Positions 36,301 through 47,281 of a DNA stretch of 64,000 nt are shown piece after piece. The position numbers and the translations under genes are program-made. A model generated the notes under the pieces. It searched no databases. It was not told the origin of the DNA and saw only the letters and a program-made list of their open reading frames with translations. Position 1 is the stretch's first letter. Each line of letters begins with the position of its first letter. Source of the DNA: Rhizaria sp. SCN 62-66 (taxonomy: Eukaryota); the NCBI GenBank assembly GCA_001724265.1, contig MEDY01000065.1:1-64000 (forward strand), written 5' to 3'.

Positions 36301-37096
36301 CGCCGACATCGATGTAGTGCAGGTTGGCGCGGCGGTGGCACTCGAGGCCGAAGGAGCGGTGCAGCTGCAGGTGCTCGGGCGGCAGCTCAAACACGCGCGG
36401 GTGGCGCGAAAGCTCGGACGCGTCGTCCGGGTAGACAAACGACGCCGGGAACGAGGACGAGGTGGCCGTCATGGCCGCATCCGAGTCCAGGGTGCTGCTA
36501 GAGCTGGAGCTGGAGCTGGAGGTAGCGGAGAAAGAGGACGATGAGGGTGAGGCGGCCGGCATGGGCGCGGGCTTACTGTGAGAAGGAGAGGGTGAAGGGG
36601 AAGCAGAGCTGGCAGCAGGCGCAGGCGCAGCGGCAGCGGCCGTCGCAGCAGCGGCGGCAGCAATCGCGGCGGCAGCAGCAGCCTCAGCCTCGGGGTTAGA
36701 CTCAGCCTCAAATTCAGCGTCCGTGTCAGCGTCCGCATCACCGTCGGCAGCAGCCGTAGCCTGGGCATCGGCAGCAGCGTCTGCGTCGACGTCGGGGTCA
36801 AAGGACGCACCGCCGCCGCCGCCGCCATTCATGAGAGCACGATCGTCGTTGTTGTCGTTGCCGTTATCGTCGTTGCCGTAGTACGCGTCGCCCTCAACGC
36901 CGGAAGCAGGGGGAAGGTCATAGCCGTCCGCGTCAGGATCGGCATCGGCGTCGGGGTTGTTGGCGTCATAGTACTGACCGCCGTCGTCGCCGCCGTCGTC
37001 GCCTTCGAAGACGTTGTTGTTGTGGAGGTAGTTGTCGCCGTCGTGCTCGCCCAGGCCCACCTCATCGAGGGGACTGCGGGGAGGAGACGAAGACAT
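30359..37096 (-). CDS. CFAP44: Cilia- and flagella-associated protein 44 (WDR52), apparently single exon
   Basis: SFGLECHRRANLH, KLASVGAAPDYSLVLWDW, LRTKAFSQDVFRV, GHIRFWQMSRTFTGLKLQG, then C-terminal coiled coils ending LKRKGG. Start taken at MSSSPP. Stop TGA. Confidence 0.93.
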   Translation of the reverse strand: MSSSPPRSPLDEVGLGEHDGDNYLHNNNVFEGDDGGDDGGQYYDANNPDADADPDADGYDLPPASGVEGDAYYGNDDNGNDNNDDRALMNGGGGGGASFDPDVDADAAADAQATAAADGDADADTDAEFEAESNPEAEAAAAAAIAAAAAATAAAAAPAPAASSASPSPSPSHSKPAPMPAASPSSSSFSATSSSSSSSSSTLDSDAAMTATSSSFPASFVYPDDASELSRHPRVFELPPEHLQLHRSFGLECHRRANLHYIDVGVLLFAVGHTVQTLDLFTGKQEIVFGHDQSPGAGVGAVAVHPSKQYFAVAETGSRPNIYIYSWPALQVVRILRGGTELAFTSVTFSPSGSKLASVGAAPDYSLVLWDWANERVTLRTKAFSQDVFRVQFSPRNEARLQTSGQGHIRFWQMSRTFTGLKLQGAIGKFGAVELSDIAAFTELPDGKVVSGTERGSLLVWDGGLVQLQLQRADGRPCHAGAIEFVELRGREVLTAGDDGYLRTWPLDTFEFAEAASEDLILAVEPTEEIFLGPDVAVGAMLRGDDHWVILNKRGGLFRLPLLAGSRPEPLLTVHAGPITGLAASPFAHTAVTAGSDGTVRCWDVHGGRQLFARKFPVAATAQAWAPPSVAHTLSPDAPPAALSAADAATAGGNLVAVGFADGVVRILARTSSGFVLRAAARPHSGPVVGFAFAPDGSQLATAGADGTVFFFEVLAGGSALAPIGFIQTAPGAGTTVPTTTSSGSAASGSSGSSGSGSGSGSGDAAAAAASAATSAAAQAQQPPIVSLQWAPDSQHVLFARGPLVFQVARPLPHAYPPEAARETYLISLATRTMRPQVPALCRLPPDEEAEAAAAAAAAEAAAASADGGDASAAAAAAAAAAASSAAVQEELLPDTRADAVSCLMYVRHPPAPAHGSAVPAVPAPGQWPFYCAFDDASMHVEDSNNADSSGASAGAVVAKASADNAGSGGDDEVFTGAQAGHVVRGPVPGSVLVAPWAKYQALHEYQWTAGAGVGAASTVAAAAAATAAAASGSGAGAAEPARSLPLGPGVGPVTALNYSARGSLLLAGTAHGSVQIRPVADIQFFFHSHLHSGHGGAVRALASTFDERFILSAGADGNFFAVLHDVALALRMADREHAVALLAAASAPAVAQEVERGKHLAALEARAARQRELAAAREAAAQGDVSLMQRYHAAVAVPLPAPVGDDDAAGGDGGVGAGERDVPEVLGNYSLEQAKQQQEVDERVALADKKKEYVRREIDELRAEFAYLLKQNALLEPSQRLARSSFELDPRLRQQFEHEAAVKVEEVQRELAWESEKHAVALAKLRARFLAPIQVECVRLRAFRSGMTVSTYRTPALPAFLTAAIKQVRALLAEPDANGAANGEAALSAAAAGGDDAEAAAAAATAAGGAADPLRLLQTVRAIADGASASSAALAGAGIASASATTGGAGGPASKTGAGGSGAGWDAAQRRAEREQRRQQLQLLRAARPDRLAHNAADMAAIVFAEQHLGDYALKADPALKVPEARRATVTNKRRQMVLLQEAVHMLKMEMNERVLALRRIKAALTTQLRADGTRVRELNAALGIAEPVFVPTTDPAEWPEHRDRSTDADLEKFAQWQAEQEALRVQRAREDNAKMTPQDLYGGMSDAPAAPTVTNASAASAAAAMVAVGATAGAGAQPSLASAAAERALLLQERRDLHAERLALVPRSAMEASQEAQRLRLLADERRELTARMDLAVAAFDDAVLRLRVEKSKLDTDVKSTELRLITLYEELILLRDCAEQEGVLTARLTKATALKAQVIADLAMCERALNGKLADVEACAARDRQLSAEFELVAKGADAAAASAAGTVVADGKMSELYAQLLRAYMRRVRRKRGQDDDGPASSSSRGRDAYSDDDEDMESGDDSDLSDDEDGGCPPGCDAAAFEKVLELRARRLEQDTIREGLRRQIGELEKTYERHQTRERAVDRDLDVVRADIDAFQGEKQQALNQVQVTLPLRLSQICNLVPEESDPAAAAAASGYNGAESGAGATGRLVLPSTLSSSVVFTVSGLRRLRHRISELDEEQAALSVQIKELKRARRTLMKDIEQKKAQITAEKQHCEDVQRLKFGQVIDLSVLATVGEDEAAVGLRSKLRSMEEAASRKLHEWDNRVQAAKDDLTSVTAKNTRLLEQVAKLTRAQYALETQLNKTTKNVHVTDASPADEQAEAERRELLHLVQLQEKEIDALKAEVHVLKRKGGRVYIPQ

Positions 37097-37906
37097 CTCC
37101 GGAGAGGCTGCGCAAGAAAGGGACAACGTTGGCAAAAGCGCAAAATCAGATCGCAGAGAGTGTGAGAGGTGTGCAAAAGGGAGTTGTTAAGGCTTTCCAC
37201 TGGCTTGTCGGTGGGGTTGACCATCCAGATGCCAGTGCAGAACACAGGCAGGGCGTGCTTTGAATAGAAAACGAAAATTTGATCATAAGAGTAGATATGT
37301 CGAAACGTATTATAGCTGTGAACAAAGCGCACTGGATTTTTAAATGATGCAAAATCCTGTCGGAAAGATCGGCCGTTTTGAAAACGGTCGGGGTGGAGCC
37401 CACGGTCAGTAACGACCGCGAGAGGTCAACGCCGCTGGTTCTTCGCACATCTATACCGCACTAACGCGCCGCAGGTGTTGCACACGCTTTGTAATTTAGA
37501 TGTTTCGAGTGATTTTTTTTACTGTATTTTTACTCTCTGCGTCTAAGGCGTCTCTTTTGTGACGGTTATGTCTCAAACCAGGTGTCCCTCCGCCCTCCCT
37601 TTTAACCGTTCGCTCACCGCGTCCTTACCCTTTTTGCCACGCCGCTCCCTGCAGTCTCCCGTCCGGCCACCGGGTCATCAGCCTTGCCCTCTTGGCTGTC
37701 TTCCCTTTCCGCCGCCCCGCGCCTCCGTACCTAGGCCCGGAGTTCCGCCCCGCCCCGTTTCGCGTCCAGAGCTCGCACCGCAGCGGTCCCGTCCCTGCCT
37801 TGCTTCTCTCGCTCAGCCGCTCACAGAGACACCTCGTCTAGCACACTCGTCGCTTCACGCCGTTGCCGCAGCCCCCGTTGCTGCTGCCCGTTTCGCGCTC
37901 GTCCCG

Positions 37907-38801
37907 ATGCTGGCCCCCGTGCTGCTGGCAGCGCCAAGCCTGCTGCTGTACCGCGTCCCCAACGACATCTTCATCGCCTCCGCCGTCTGCCTGGGCTTCT
38001 ACATCGCCATCGTCGCGCTCCGCCTCGTGTACATGTCGGCGGAGAACCCACGGATGTGGCACCATGAGGAAACCGCGCGCGCCGCCTGGTCGATCCCGGT
38101 GCTCCGCGTGACGGCCATCCTGGCGCTCATCTGCGCGCTCTTCCTCATCGGCCGCGTCGACATCTCGCTCACGCGCTGGATGTTCAACCCCATGTCGCTC
38201 AACAAGGGCTCGTGGAACATTATCCGCGTTATGGTCTCGCTTGTGCTGCCTATCTGCGCCGCGCTCATCAACACGAACCCGGTGTTCCGCATCTTCTCGG
38301 CCTTCGCCTTCCCGGCGTTGGGCATGATGGACCTGCTTAGCCAGGTCGACATCGCCGGACAGATCTACTGCATCGACCAGGTACGGCGCTCGACTACGAC
38401 GCAGCGCGCGTTTCATCACGACTTGGTATAGCTCATCCTTTGTGTTTCGTTTTGTATCATTGATTGCCTCCTCGATATTTCACTTTATTCGCTCACATTC
38501 TTCTCTTGTTTCTTTTTGCTAATTTTTACTTTGCGTGCTCGCTAAACAGGGCACGTGTGCGGATAGCAACGGCCTGTCGACGTTGTACCTGTGGATGTAC
38601 CGCGACCTGGTCGGCATCATGCTTAACGTCTGCGGCACCACGCTCTCCTGGTACCTCTGGGGCTGGCTCGGCTTCTGCACCAACGAGATCTACATCCCGC
38701 GCTACGAGCACCGCGTGCTCACCGCGGAGCTCTCGGGCATGAAGCTCAAGAAGCGCAAGGTGCGCCGCCGCCTTGGTGACGGTGAATTTATTGACTGGTG
38801 A
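37907..38801 (+). CDS. Unknown multi-pass membrane protein; exons about 37907-38380 and 38550-38801
   Basis: GC3-rich codons, about 5-6 hydrophobic segments, in-frame intron GTACGG...AACAG. Start uncertain because the frame is open upstream to 37559. Stop TGA. Confidence 0.7.
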
Positions 38802-39539
38802 ACGGAAACAACACCACAAACAACAACATGTACACGATCATCTGCTTAAAGTGTACGTGTAGTACTAAGACGACTAACTTGCCTTTAAAATGAGGTTTCG
38901 TTGTTTGAAACCTAAGCCTAGGTGAAGCAAAAGGTCGCTGCAGGGCCATTATTGCCCCAAATACGCCCCTTTTTAAACTCTTAAGTTCTCTTCTTCTCTC
39001 GGTGTCGGTGGCAGTCAAGTCTGATTCACCAGCCGCGTGAGTTGTATATGAGTTTGTTTTGTCTTTAAGCTCAAGCAATAAAATATAAACTAGTAAGTCT
39101 TACAATATGATGTATAATCGTAAAATCAAACGTTTTTCATGTGGGTGGTCTTGATATACACTTAACTCAGCGCTCTTTGTTGTCGCGGTGCAGACGCTCA
39201 GCGAGCTGACAGGTCCGACCTACCGGCGGCTTCTCGAAACGTCAACTTGAAAAAAATATCACACATTGAAAAGTTTGGATACGAGCCATTTTACCCTCGC
39301 ATGATTGAAAATGACAAGCAATTTGCCTTGAATCTGTTCATACTTACCTCTTCTAAAAATATACTTCAAGATGTAACGTCTTGGTTGCGTAACAGGTACA
39401 CCAAAGCTTACCCCCTCTCAGCCGCTGACTCTCACGCATCTGACACTTGTCGTTTCCCTCTGCTCCACCGCTTCCTGTCCTAGAACAAGCAACCTCTCCC
39501 CAACATAGTAGCCCTGTGGTCGTCCCTCACTTTTCCACA

Positions 39540-42027
39540 ATGGCCTCCGTTGCTTCGTCTTCATCCTCCGCGTTGTCTGTGCACAACACAGCCTCCCGCG
39601 CACCAGTGGCGACCACTGTGTCGGTGAGCCCGGCAACGGCGAAGCTCGTCTCGCTCTCAAGCCGCCTTCTCCGCGAGATCAACGGCGAGCTTGACGCCTC
39701 TACGTCGACATCTGTGTCCGCGTCCGATTCCCCGAATGGCGTGAGCAGCTTTGCGGCGCGCCTCAAGACATTCGTCTGGAAGCGCAGCGCGATCTGGAGT
39801 CCCCGCGGCGGCGAGCTCTCTCTCCCGCCCAACGGCGCTGCCGCCGCTCTACACGCCGATGGCAGCGAGGTCGTCGCACTACCGTTTCCCGTGGCGGACC
39901 CGGCGGAGCTGGAGGCGATTCTGTCCGACTCCGAGGTCGTGGCTCGTATGCAAGCGGGCGTGAGCGCCGTGTCCCGCTCTGTGCTTCCGCTGCTGCAGCA
40001 GATCGACGCCGCATTCATCGCCATCACTAAGGAGCAGCAGGCGCGGCCCCGGCGCAGCGGCGCGACGGCGCAGCTTGCCGTGCCGCCCTCGACCTTCCAC
40101 ATCGGCCTCGCCTACCGTGCCATCAAGCAAGAGCTCAAGTACGTAATGTCACGACTTGAAGTGAAAATGACTTTCGTCGCCGCACTCGTCTTTCACTGAA
40201 TATATTTGTTTTAGCACATGTTTGTACCTTCATTATGTGTGATTCTCACAAATCAAGCCCACTTCTTACTTGTTTTCTCTTTTTCCTTCGCCTCTCTGCT
40301 CTGTGTCTCGCAGCGACTCAATCGAGAACTTCGGCAAGTGCCGCAACGAGTTCATCTCGTCGCTGCGCTGTCCATCCGCGCGCACTGAGGCCCGCGACGG
40401 CATGGCGGTGCTGTTCGAGCGCGTCGAAGACTGGTTCGGTCGCCTGGAGGCCCTCAGCAGCTTCTGCAAGCCGGACCCTGTCCCGGTGGCCCCCGTCGCG
40501 CTCGCCGCCTCGGTCCCCGGCCAGCCCGCCGCCGCGGCCGCGGCCGCGTACGGTCAACACGCGCACGGGCACGCCGCGGTGGGCGTGACCGAGTTCGTGG
40601 ACATGCTCGCGCCGGAGACGACGGCGGAGCACGAGGCGTTGGGCGTGCGCATCTCGCAGTGGGTGGACCAGGGCCGCTTCATGGTCAAGGTCGAGAACGT
40701 CGGCGCGCACCGCGTGCATCTCACCGACGGGCTCATCACCATGCCGCAGCGCCACGTCACCGCGATTTGCCGCGACTCGGTCGGCGCCGGGCGCCGCGGT
40801 CGCCGCGGGCACCGCGACGGGCACAACGGCAGCCGCGCTCGCGGGCCCAGCGGCGGCCGCGCTCGCGGCGGGCACCGCCACGGCCAACACAGCGACACTG
40901 ACAGTGACAGCGGCAGCAATGAAGGCCGCAGCGAGAGCGACAGGCATGACAACAGCAGCGACGATGAGGGCGACAACGACGACCTGGACGGGAAGAAGTG
41001 GCTGGACCTGGTGCACATCGACCGCGTGCTGACGCCCTTCCCGCAGCGCCAGGCCAACATCCGCGCGCGCATCGCGCAGGCGCAGCAGCGCCTCGCCGCG
41101 TTCCCGACCTTCCAGAGCACGCTGCGCGGCGTGTCCGACTCGGCGATCGTCACCGCGGCGGGCTACGCCGTCCCGCTGGCGGACGCCGCGGCCGTGCGCC
41201 GCGAGGAGGAGAGCTGGCGCGCGCAGCGGGAGCTCGACCTCGCGCAGGTCGCCACTGGTGCCGCCGAGATGGAGACGCCCGCGTTCATCTGCTTCGCCTT
41301 TGCGCCGTCGGGCGCCTCGGTCAACACGGCCGCCGCGGAGCTCGAGGCGCGCGAACAGCGCCGCCGCCGCGCGGCCGCCAAGGCCGCCGCCAAACAGACC
41401 GCTGGCGCGGAGGTTGGCGCTAAGTACAATGGCAGCGGCAAGCGCATCAAGGCCGCGACTGCGACAGACGGCGCCGGTGCGGCTGAGCCCGCGGCTGGCA
41501 AGGGCGCCGCAGTGCCTACCGGCAGCCTGCTCCGCGGCCCCGGCGCCAGCAGCAACGGCAATAGCGCTGACGTTGACTTCGGCGACGGCGACGGCGAGTT
41601 CGAGGGCGACGACGAGAACCGGGGGATTGTGCAGCTTGCCGGCCGCCGCACTCACGGCGGCAACGCCAAGGGCCTGGGCAACAGCAACCTCGCTGGCGCA
41701 GGCGTTGGTGTGAGCGGCGGGCTTGTCAAGCCCAAGCTCGACAACACTGCGACTGCAACTGGGGTGTTGTCGCAGGAGTCGCCCCGCAAGCGGTCGATCC
41801 GCGACACCTCCGACTCGGGCGCCGGCGACAGCGACGACGACGGCGACGGCAGCCTGAGTCGCAGCAGCGGGCGCAGCAGCGGCAGCAGCACTGCAATGAG
41901 TGATAGCGACGAAGCCGCGGTGGCCGCAGCAAACAACAACAACAACAGCAGCCGCAGCAGGAGCCGTGTTGCGCGGGAGCCGCGGCCGATCATGTCATCG
42001 AGCTTCAAGGTCCGCGTCATCGTCTAA
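39540..42027 (+). CDS. Unknown protein; exons about 39540-40138 and 40314-42027
   Basis: Two GC3-rich ORFs joined in frame by intron GTACGT...CGCAG (ELN|DSIENFGK). No family recognised. Stop TAA. Confidence 0.7.
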
Positions 42028-42406
42028 GCGTGTATTATGTGTAAGCACTGCATGTGCTTACATTGCAGATATGATAATCACAAAGTACAGGTAACAATAG
42101 CAGCGTGTTACTCTGTAACAACATGCAACATGCAAATTTTGCTTTGAACGATTGCATGCGCACAAGTGTATGAATTAACTTGATAAGCATCGGGGGAAAG
42201 AAGAACAGTAGCAAATGTATTGACAAAGAAGGTCGACGCAGAATAAGTTCGCGCCGATAAAAATAAACGTAAATGAAACTCAATTCAGCTAAACATACCA
42301 CACTGTAGGTTAAATAAACCTCCCTCAGTCTGACGAACAGTCAGGATAACGGCACTGCATTGCTGCTCCGTATTGCCTCGCTCACCGATACTCGTGGGCA
42401 CCTCAC

Positions 42407-45400
42407 TCACTCGGCGACGTCGTCGTCGGTCTCCTCCCTGATCTTGTGGAGCCCCGAGCGCACGACGAGCTCGTGCAGGCGCCGCTGCGAGGCCGAGCTG
42501 CGGCCCGCCTTAAGCGCCGCCAGCGGGCTCGCGCCAGGCGCCAGCGCCAGAGGGGCGGAGATGATGGGTGCCACGCTGGAGCCGGAGCCTGAGTGGGCGT
42601 GTCCTGGCGGCGCAAGGTGGTGCCCGTAGCCGTGGCCGTGGCTGTGGCCGTGGCCGGACGGCGACGCGCCGGCGCTGCCGCCGGGGCGCGAGGGCAGACT
42701 GCCGCCGCGGGGCCGCGCGGGGGCGCTGCAGTCGCCGAGACTGCGCCTGCTCGTCACGTCGTCGTCGTCGTCGTCGTCGCCGTAGCCGTTGTCGTCGCCG
42801 TCATCGTAATCGTTGTTGTCGCCCGAGGAAGAGCACTCGCCGCCGTCGTCGCCGTCGTTATAGGCGCCGAGGCTGTGAGAGTGCGAGCGCTGGTTGTGGT
42901 AGCTGTCCACTTCGTCGTGGTACTCGTAGTCGCCGTAGGGGTCGTACGCGTCGCCGCCGCCGCCGACGCCGCCGCCGCCGCCCGCACCCAGGATCCCGCT
43001 GCCGCCGCAGTCGATGTCGTAGTATGAGTCCAGCGCGGCGCGGGAGCGCGACGAGTGCAGACTCGGCGGCCGCGGCAGGCGGGCGAAGGCCTCGGCGGCC
43101 GGGTCCGTCGGCTGCGAGGACGACTGCTGCAACGACTGCAGCTGCTGCTGGGACTGAGACTGAGACAGGGACTGTTGAGGCTGGTGTTGGAGTTGCGTGT
43201 ACTGAGGGGCCGCGTCGGTGAAGCTTGCCGGCGCCGCCGTGGTCACAGGGCCTGTCGCAGCGCCAATTGCAAAGACTGAGACTGTGGAAGGGCTGGATAG
43301 CGGCAAGGGCACAGTCGCGGGCTCCGTCGATGCGGAGGTCACGGTGACGGTAAACGCTGCCACTGACGCTGGCGCAGGCGCGAGAGACGCGGGAATGTTA
43401 ATGTCACTGCCAAAACTGGCACTGCCAGCGTTGACGTCAGAGTGTGTCACGCCACGACTGGTTGAGTTGTAGTGAATTGCACCGGGAGACAGCGTGGCCA
43501 AGCCTGCGACCAACGCGGTGACCGCTTTCGTGGTTGGGGACAAGACGGCAGCGAGAGACACAGCAGAGGATGTGGGCGCAGCAGTGGTGATACTGGTACT
43601 GCTGGGCACCTAAGGCTGTGGTGGTGGCTGCGACTGGGACTGGGCCTGTGAGCCGCTGTTGCTGATGATTGTGGTACCAAAAGACGACGGAGCCGCCTAC
43701 AACTGTTGCGGCTTAGCAGCATCGCTAGCACTCGCAGGTGTACTGACTGCAGGCTTCGTACCATCGGACTTCGCAACAGCAGCAAGAGCAGCAGCAGCAG
43801 CAGCAGCCGTAGCAGCCGTAGCAGCCGCCGTAGCAGCGGCGTCCGCGCTACTATTAGTGCTGCCGTCAGTGATGTCGTGGTCCTTGTTGTTGTTATCGTT
43901 GTTGCTGTCCGCGTGGTCGCGCGCGAGGTCCGGGCAGCGCATCGCGCGCCTCATGGCCGCCGCGGCCTCGTCCGCAGGCAGGTAGCGCACCACCTCAAGC
44001 AGCCAGCGGCCGACGGCCTCGGAGTCGACGCCCGCGGCCGCCGCGGCCGAGGACGCGGCGCGCGCCGCAAGCACGAGGCTGCTGGGGCTAGCGCCGAGCC
44101 CGGGGCCCGCGCCGGAGGCCGAGTCCTTGCCCTCGCGCCCGCGGCGCCGGCTGCGGCCGCTCTTGCCGCTCTTGCGCCTGCGCCGAGACCCGTCGCCGTT
44201 GTCGCTGCTATCGCTATCATACACGTCATATTCACTGCTGCTGACCTTGCTGTTGCTGCCGCCGTCAACGACACCTGCGCTCTCGGCAGAGTTGCTGTTG
44301 GCAGTGGCTGCGCCAACGCTCGCGTCAGGGTTGTTGTCGTTCTTGTTGGAGTCCGAGACCTGCTCGTACACAGCCATCTTGGGGTTGTCGACCGCGGGCG
44401 GCGCCGAAGGGAACTCAAGCCGCCGGCCACCGGAGCCGAAGAGAAAGCGCAGCAGCGCGAAGTACGACGGCCGCAGCAGCAGCACGGGCCACGTGAGGTA
44501 GGCCGTCAGCATCACACCCGAGGAGATGGCGAAGAGCAGCTCGGGGAAGAGTCTCGGCGTGCGGGGCAGCCACGGCACTGCCGACAGCGGCGTGCGCACG
44601 AACCCGCGGCCGGCCTTGACCGCGGCGGAGGCCGCAGCAGTCGCGGCGGCCACGGCTGGGGAGGACGCGGACGCAGCGCGCGCGGCGGCAAAGGTGGCCG
44701 CGGCGGCGCGCGCCCCGGCGGGCGTGGCGCCCCAGCGCGCAAAGCACATGGCCTTGAGGCAGTGCGAGGCGGAGAAAAGCGCGAGCTCAATGCGGCGCTC
44801 CTTCTTCTCGAACAGCACGGCCGCCAGCGCGGAGAGCCCCACAGACAGCGGCATGGTAAGGTGATGGAAGCTCAGCGCGTGCAGCCGCGATGATAGCCAC
44901 AGGCGCGGCGCCGCGCCCAGGGATGACGCGACGGCAGCGGCGGCCGCAGCGGCGGCGTGCGCGTTGGGCGGCTGCGCGAGCGCGCGCGCGGGGGCCGGCG
45001 CGACGCCGCGCGCGAGCGCGGTGATGACCCCGCGCACAGCGCAGGCGGCGGCGTAAGCGCCCACGGTCATGGTGCCGAAGAAGAGCGAAGAGCGTGCGAT
45101 GTTGAGCAGCAGCGACTTGAGCGCGGCCGTGATCGCGGCGCGGCGGTCCTTGGCGCGCGCCAGCCCGCGCGCGCGGAACACGAGCAGCGGGATAAGGTAC
45201 ACGGGCAGGTACGTCTTAAGCGCGGTCTTGAGCACCGAGGGGATCTGCTCCAGGTGCCCGCGCACGCAGCTGTGCGGGTTGTTGGCGTGCAGAACCTGGC
45301 ACGCAAGCGAGTGGCGGTCGTGCAGGCTGTACAGCTGCGGCTGGTTCTTGGTGGCGCGGAAGGCGTTGGCCACGCGCACCAGGTCGTCAGGCAGCAGCGA

Positions 45401-47281
45401 TGGGACCAGCGACGCGCACGGCACCGGCGGCGGGTTGTTGGCCTAAGAAAACGAGTAAAAAACAAAAAGAATGGAAGATGTGAGGGTAAAACTCGACTTG
45501 GAGCAATAACACAATAAGATAACAGAACAACACAAAATTTCGCGTACCTGACTGTGGACAGCGCACGCGCTCTCGAACGTGGCGGGCAGCATGTATGGCG
45601 CAGGGAGCGTCGCCGCCGCGCCAGCAGAGGTCGCCGTGGCAGCAGCGACGGCCGCCGTCGCCGCCGCAGTGGCGGCCGAGACCACCTCAGTGCCTCCGCT
45701 CGTGGACGTGGACGTGCTGACGACGGTGCCTGCGAGCGTGAGCGGCGAGGTCACGAACGTGGTGCCGAAGGTACGCGCCAGGTCGCGCTCCAGCATCAGC
45801 GCGTCGCGATCGCGGAACGCGGCCTCCGCGGCCGCGCCGGCGCCGCTCGCGGCCGCAGTCGCCGTCACGGCGGCCGCGCCGGCCGCACCACCCGCAGCGC
45901 CCGCGTCGGCGAGGGTGGGGTTGAGCAGAGGGATGCCCGGCGCGGTCTGCCAGCCGTTGACGACTGGCACGCGGCGCGCAAGCAGCAGCGGCGCCGTGGC
46001 CGCGGCCGGAGGCCCGCCCGCCGCGACGGGCGGCACAAACGCGCTCGTCTTGCTCAGCGTGAACGAGACCAGCGGCGGCAGCGCGCGGCCGGCGCCCGCG
46101 GCGACCGCGGCGGCGTTAGCGGCGGCGGACCCGGCCGCGGGCGCGCGCGGGCCGGGGACGGTGCCGGAGTGGATGTAGGCCAGCACGGGCAGCGAGCCGG
46201 AGCGGGAGCCGGTGTTGTTGTCGAGGAAGGCCGCGTAGCTGGGGTCGAGCCGCTCGCGCCGAAAGACCCACGTCCACGTGATGTGCGCGGTGCAGAGCGC
46301 GAAAAGCGCCGAGTCGGCGTGCGGCACCTCGGGCACGAGCCCATAGAGGCGCGCACAACGCACGAGCACCTCGGCGGCGCGGACCACGAGGAACACAGCG
46401 ACGTCGAGCCGGGACGAGCGCGGGAGACAGAGGATCGCCAGGAAGCCGGCGACGGATCCCGCCATGAGCGAGTGCACCGGGTGGTGCCGCACGAAGCCGC
46501 CCTTGTTGTGGCCGTGGCGCGAGCGATGCTTGCTGTTGCGGACGCGGCGGCGAAGCGCGGCGCGGCGGCGGCGGCGGCGCGCGGTGGCCTCGTCCTCACC
46601 GTCAACAGCGGCAGCGTCGCAGTCGCCGTCGGCGTCGGCCTTGGCGTCCGCGTCGGTGCTGTTGTACTCATTGTCGGGCTCGGTGCGGTCGAGCAGACTC
46701 ATGACGCCCTCGAACACGGCCAGCAGCGCGGCCAGGAAGCAGCCGTACCGGCCCGGCATCACGATAAACTTAGAAAAGTTGCTCTTGTCGAGCAGGATGC
46801 GCAGGATCACGCCAGGATTGCCGCCCGAGCGCAGCAGCGAAGGTACGAGCGCGAGCGCCAGCTTGAGGCCCGCCGCGATGGCGAAGCCCTTGCCGGCGCG
46901 CCGCAGGAAGCGGGCCAGCGCGCGGCGTAGCGCGGACATAGCGTTGTGAAGCTGCGCGCGGGATGGAGGAGGAAACGCGGAAGAGTGTGGCGTAGCAGCG
47001 GACGAGCTCGAGCTCGAACTATGGCTCGCGCCAGAAGCAGGGGAAGTGTCAGAGCCCGGAGAGTTGTTGACTGTGGGACTCGAGCTTGGACTGGATGCTT
47101 CGGCGGCAGCGCTGGCGGCGCGGGCATCGTCATCAGTGTCCGAGGCCGAGGTTGCAGAAGCTGAGGAAGAGGTTGAGGTCGAGGCCGAGACGCCAGAGCG
47201 CGCGCGCGCTGAGATGATGTAGGGGAGCTGGCTGAGACGGCGGCCGTAGCTCTGCCAGCGCGTGAGGCCGACTAAGTCCAT
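42407..47281 (-). CDS. TMEM135: TMEM135-like (Tim17/PXMP4 superfamily) membrane protein with long disordered C-terminal tail containing two in-frame TAG codons (43697-43699, 43610-43612); intron 45547-45443
   Basis: DSALFALCTAHITWTWVFRRERLDPSYAAFL, CQVLH...C, KTYLPVYLIPLLVFR, RSSLF and FEKKERRIELALF. The 400-aa downstream ORF has coding-type codon use, no ATG, and is in the same frame. Stop TGA. Confidence 0.8.

Noticed and set aside
43610-43761. Possible intron GTACG(43761)...TAG(43610) removing both TMEM135 TAGs
   Set aside because: At 152 nt it shifts the frame into an early TGA, and it has no pyrimidine tract.
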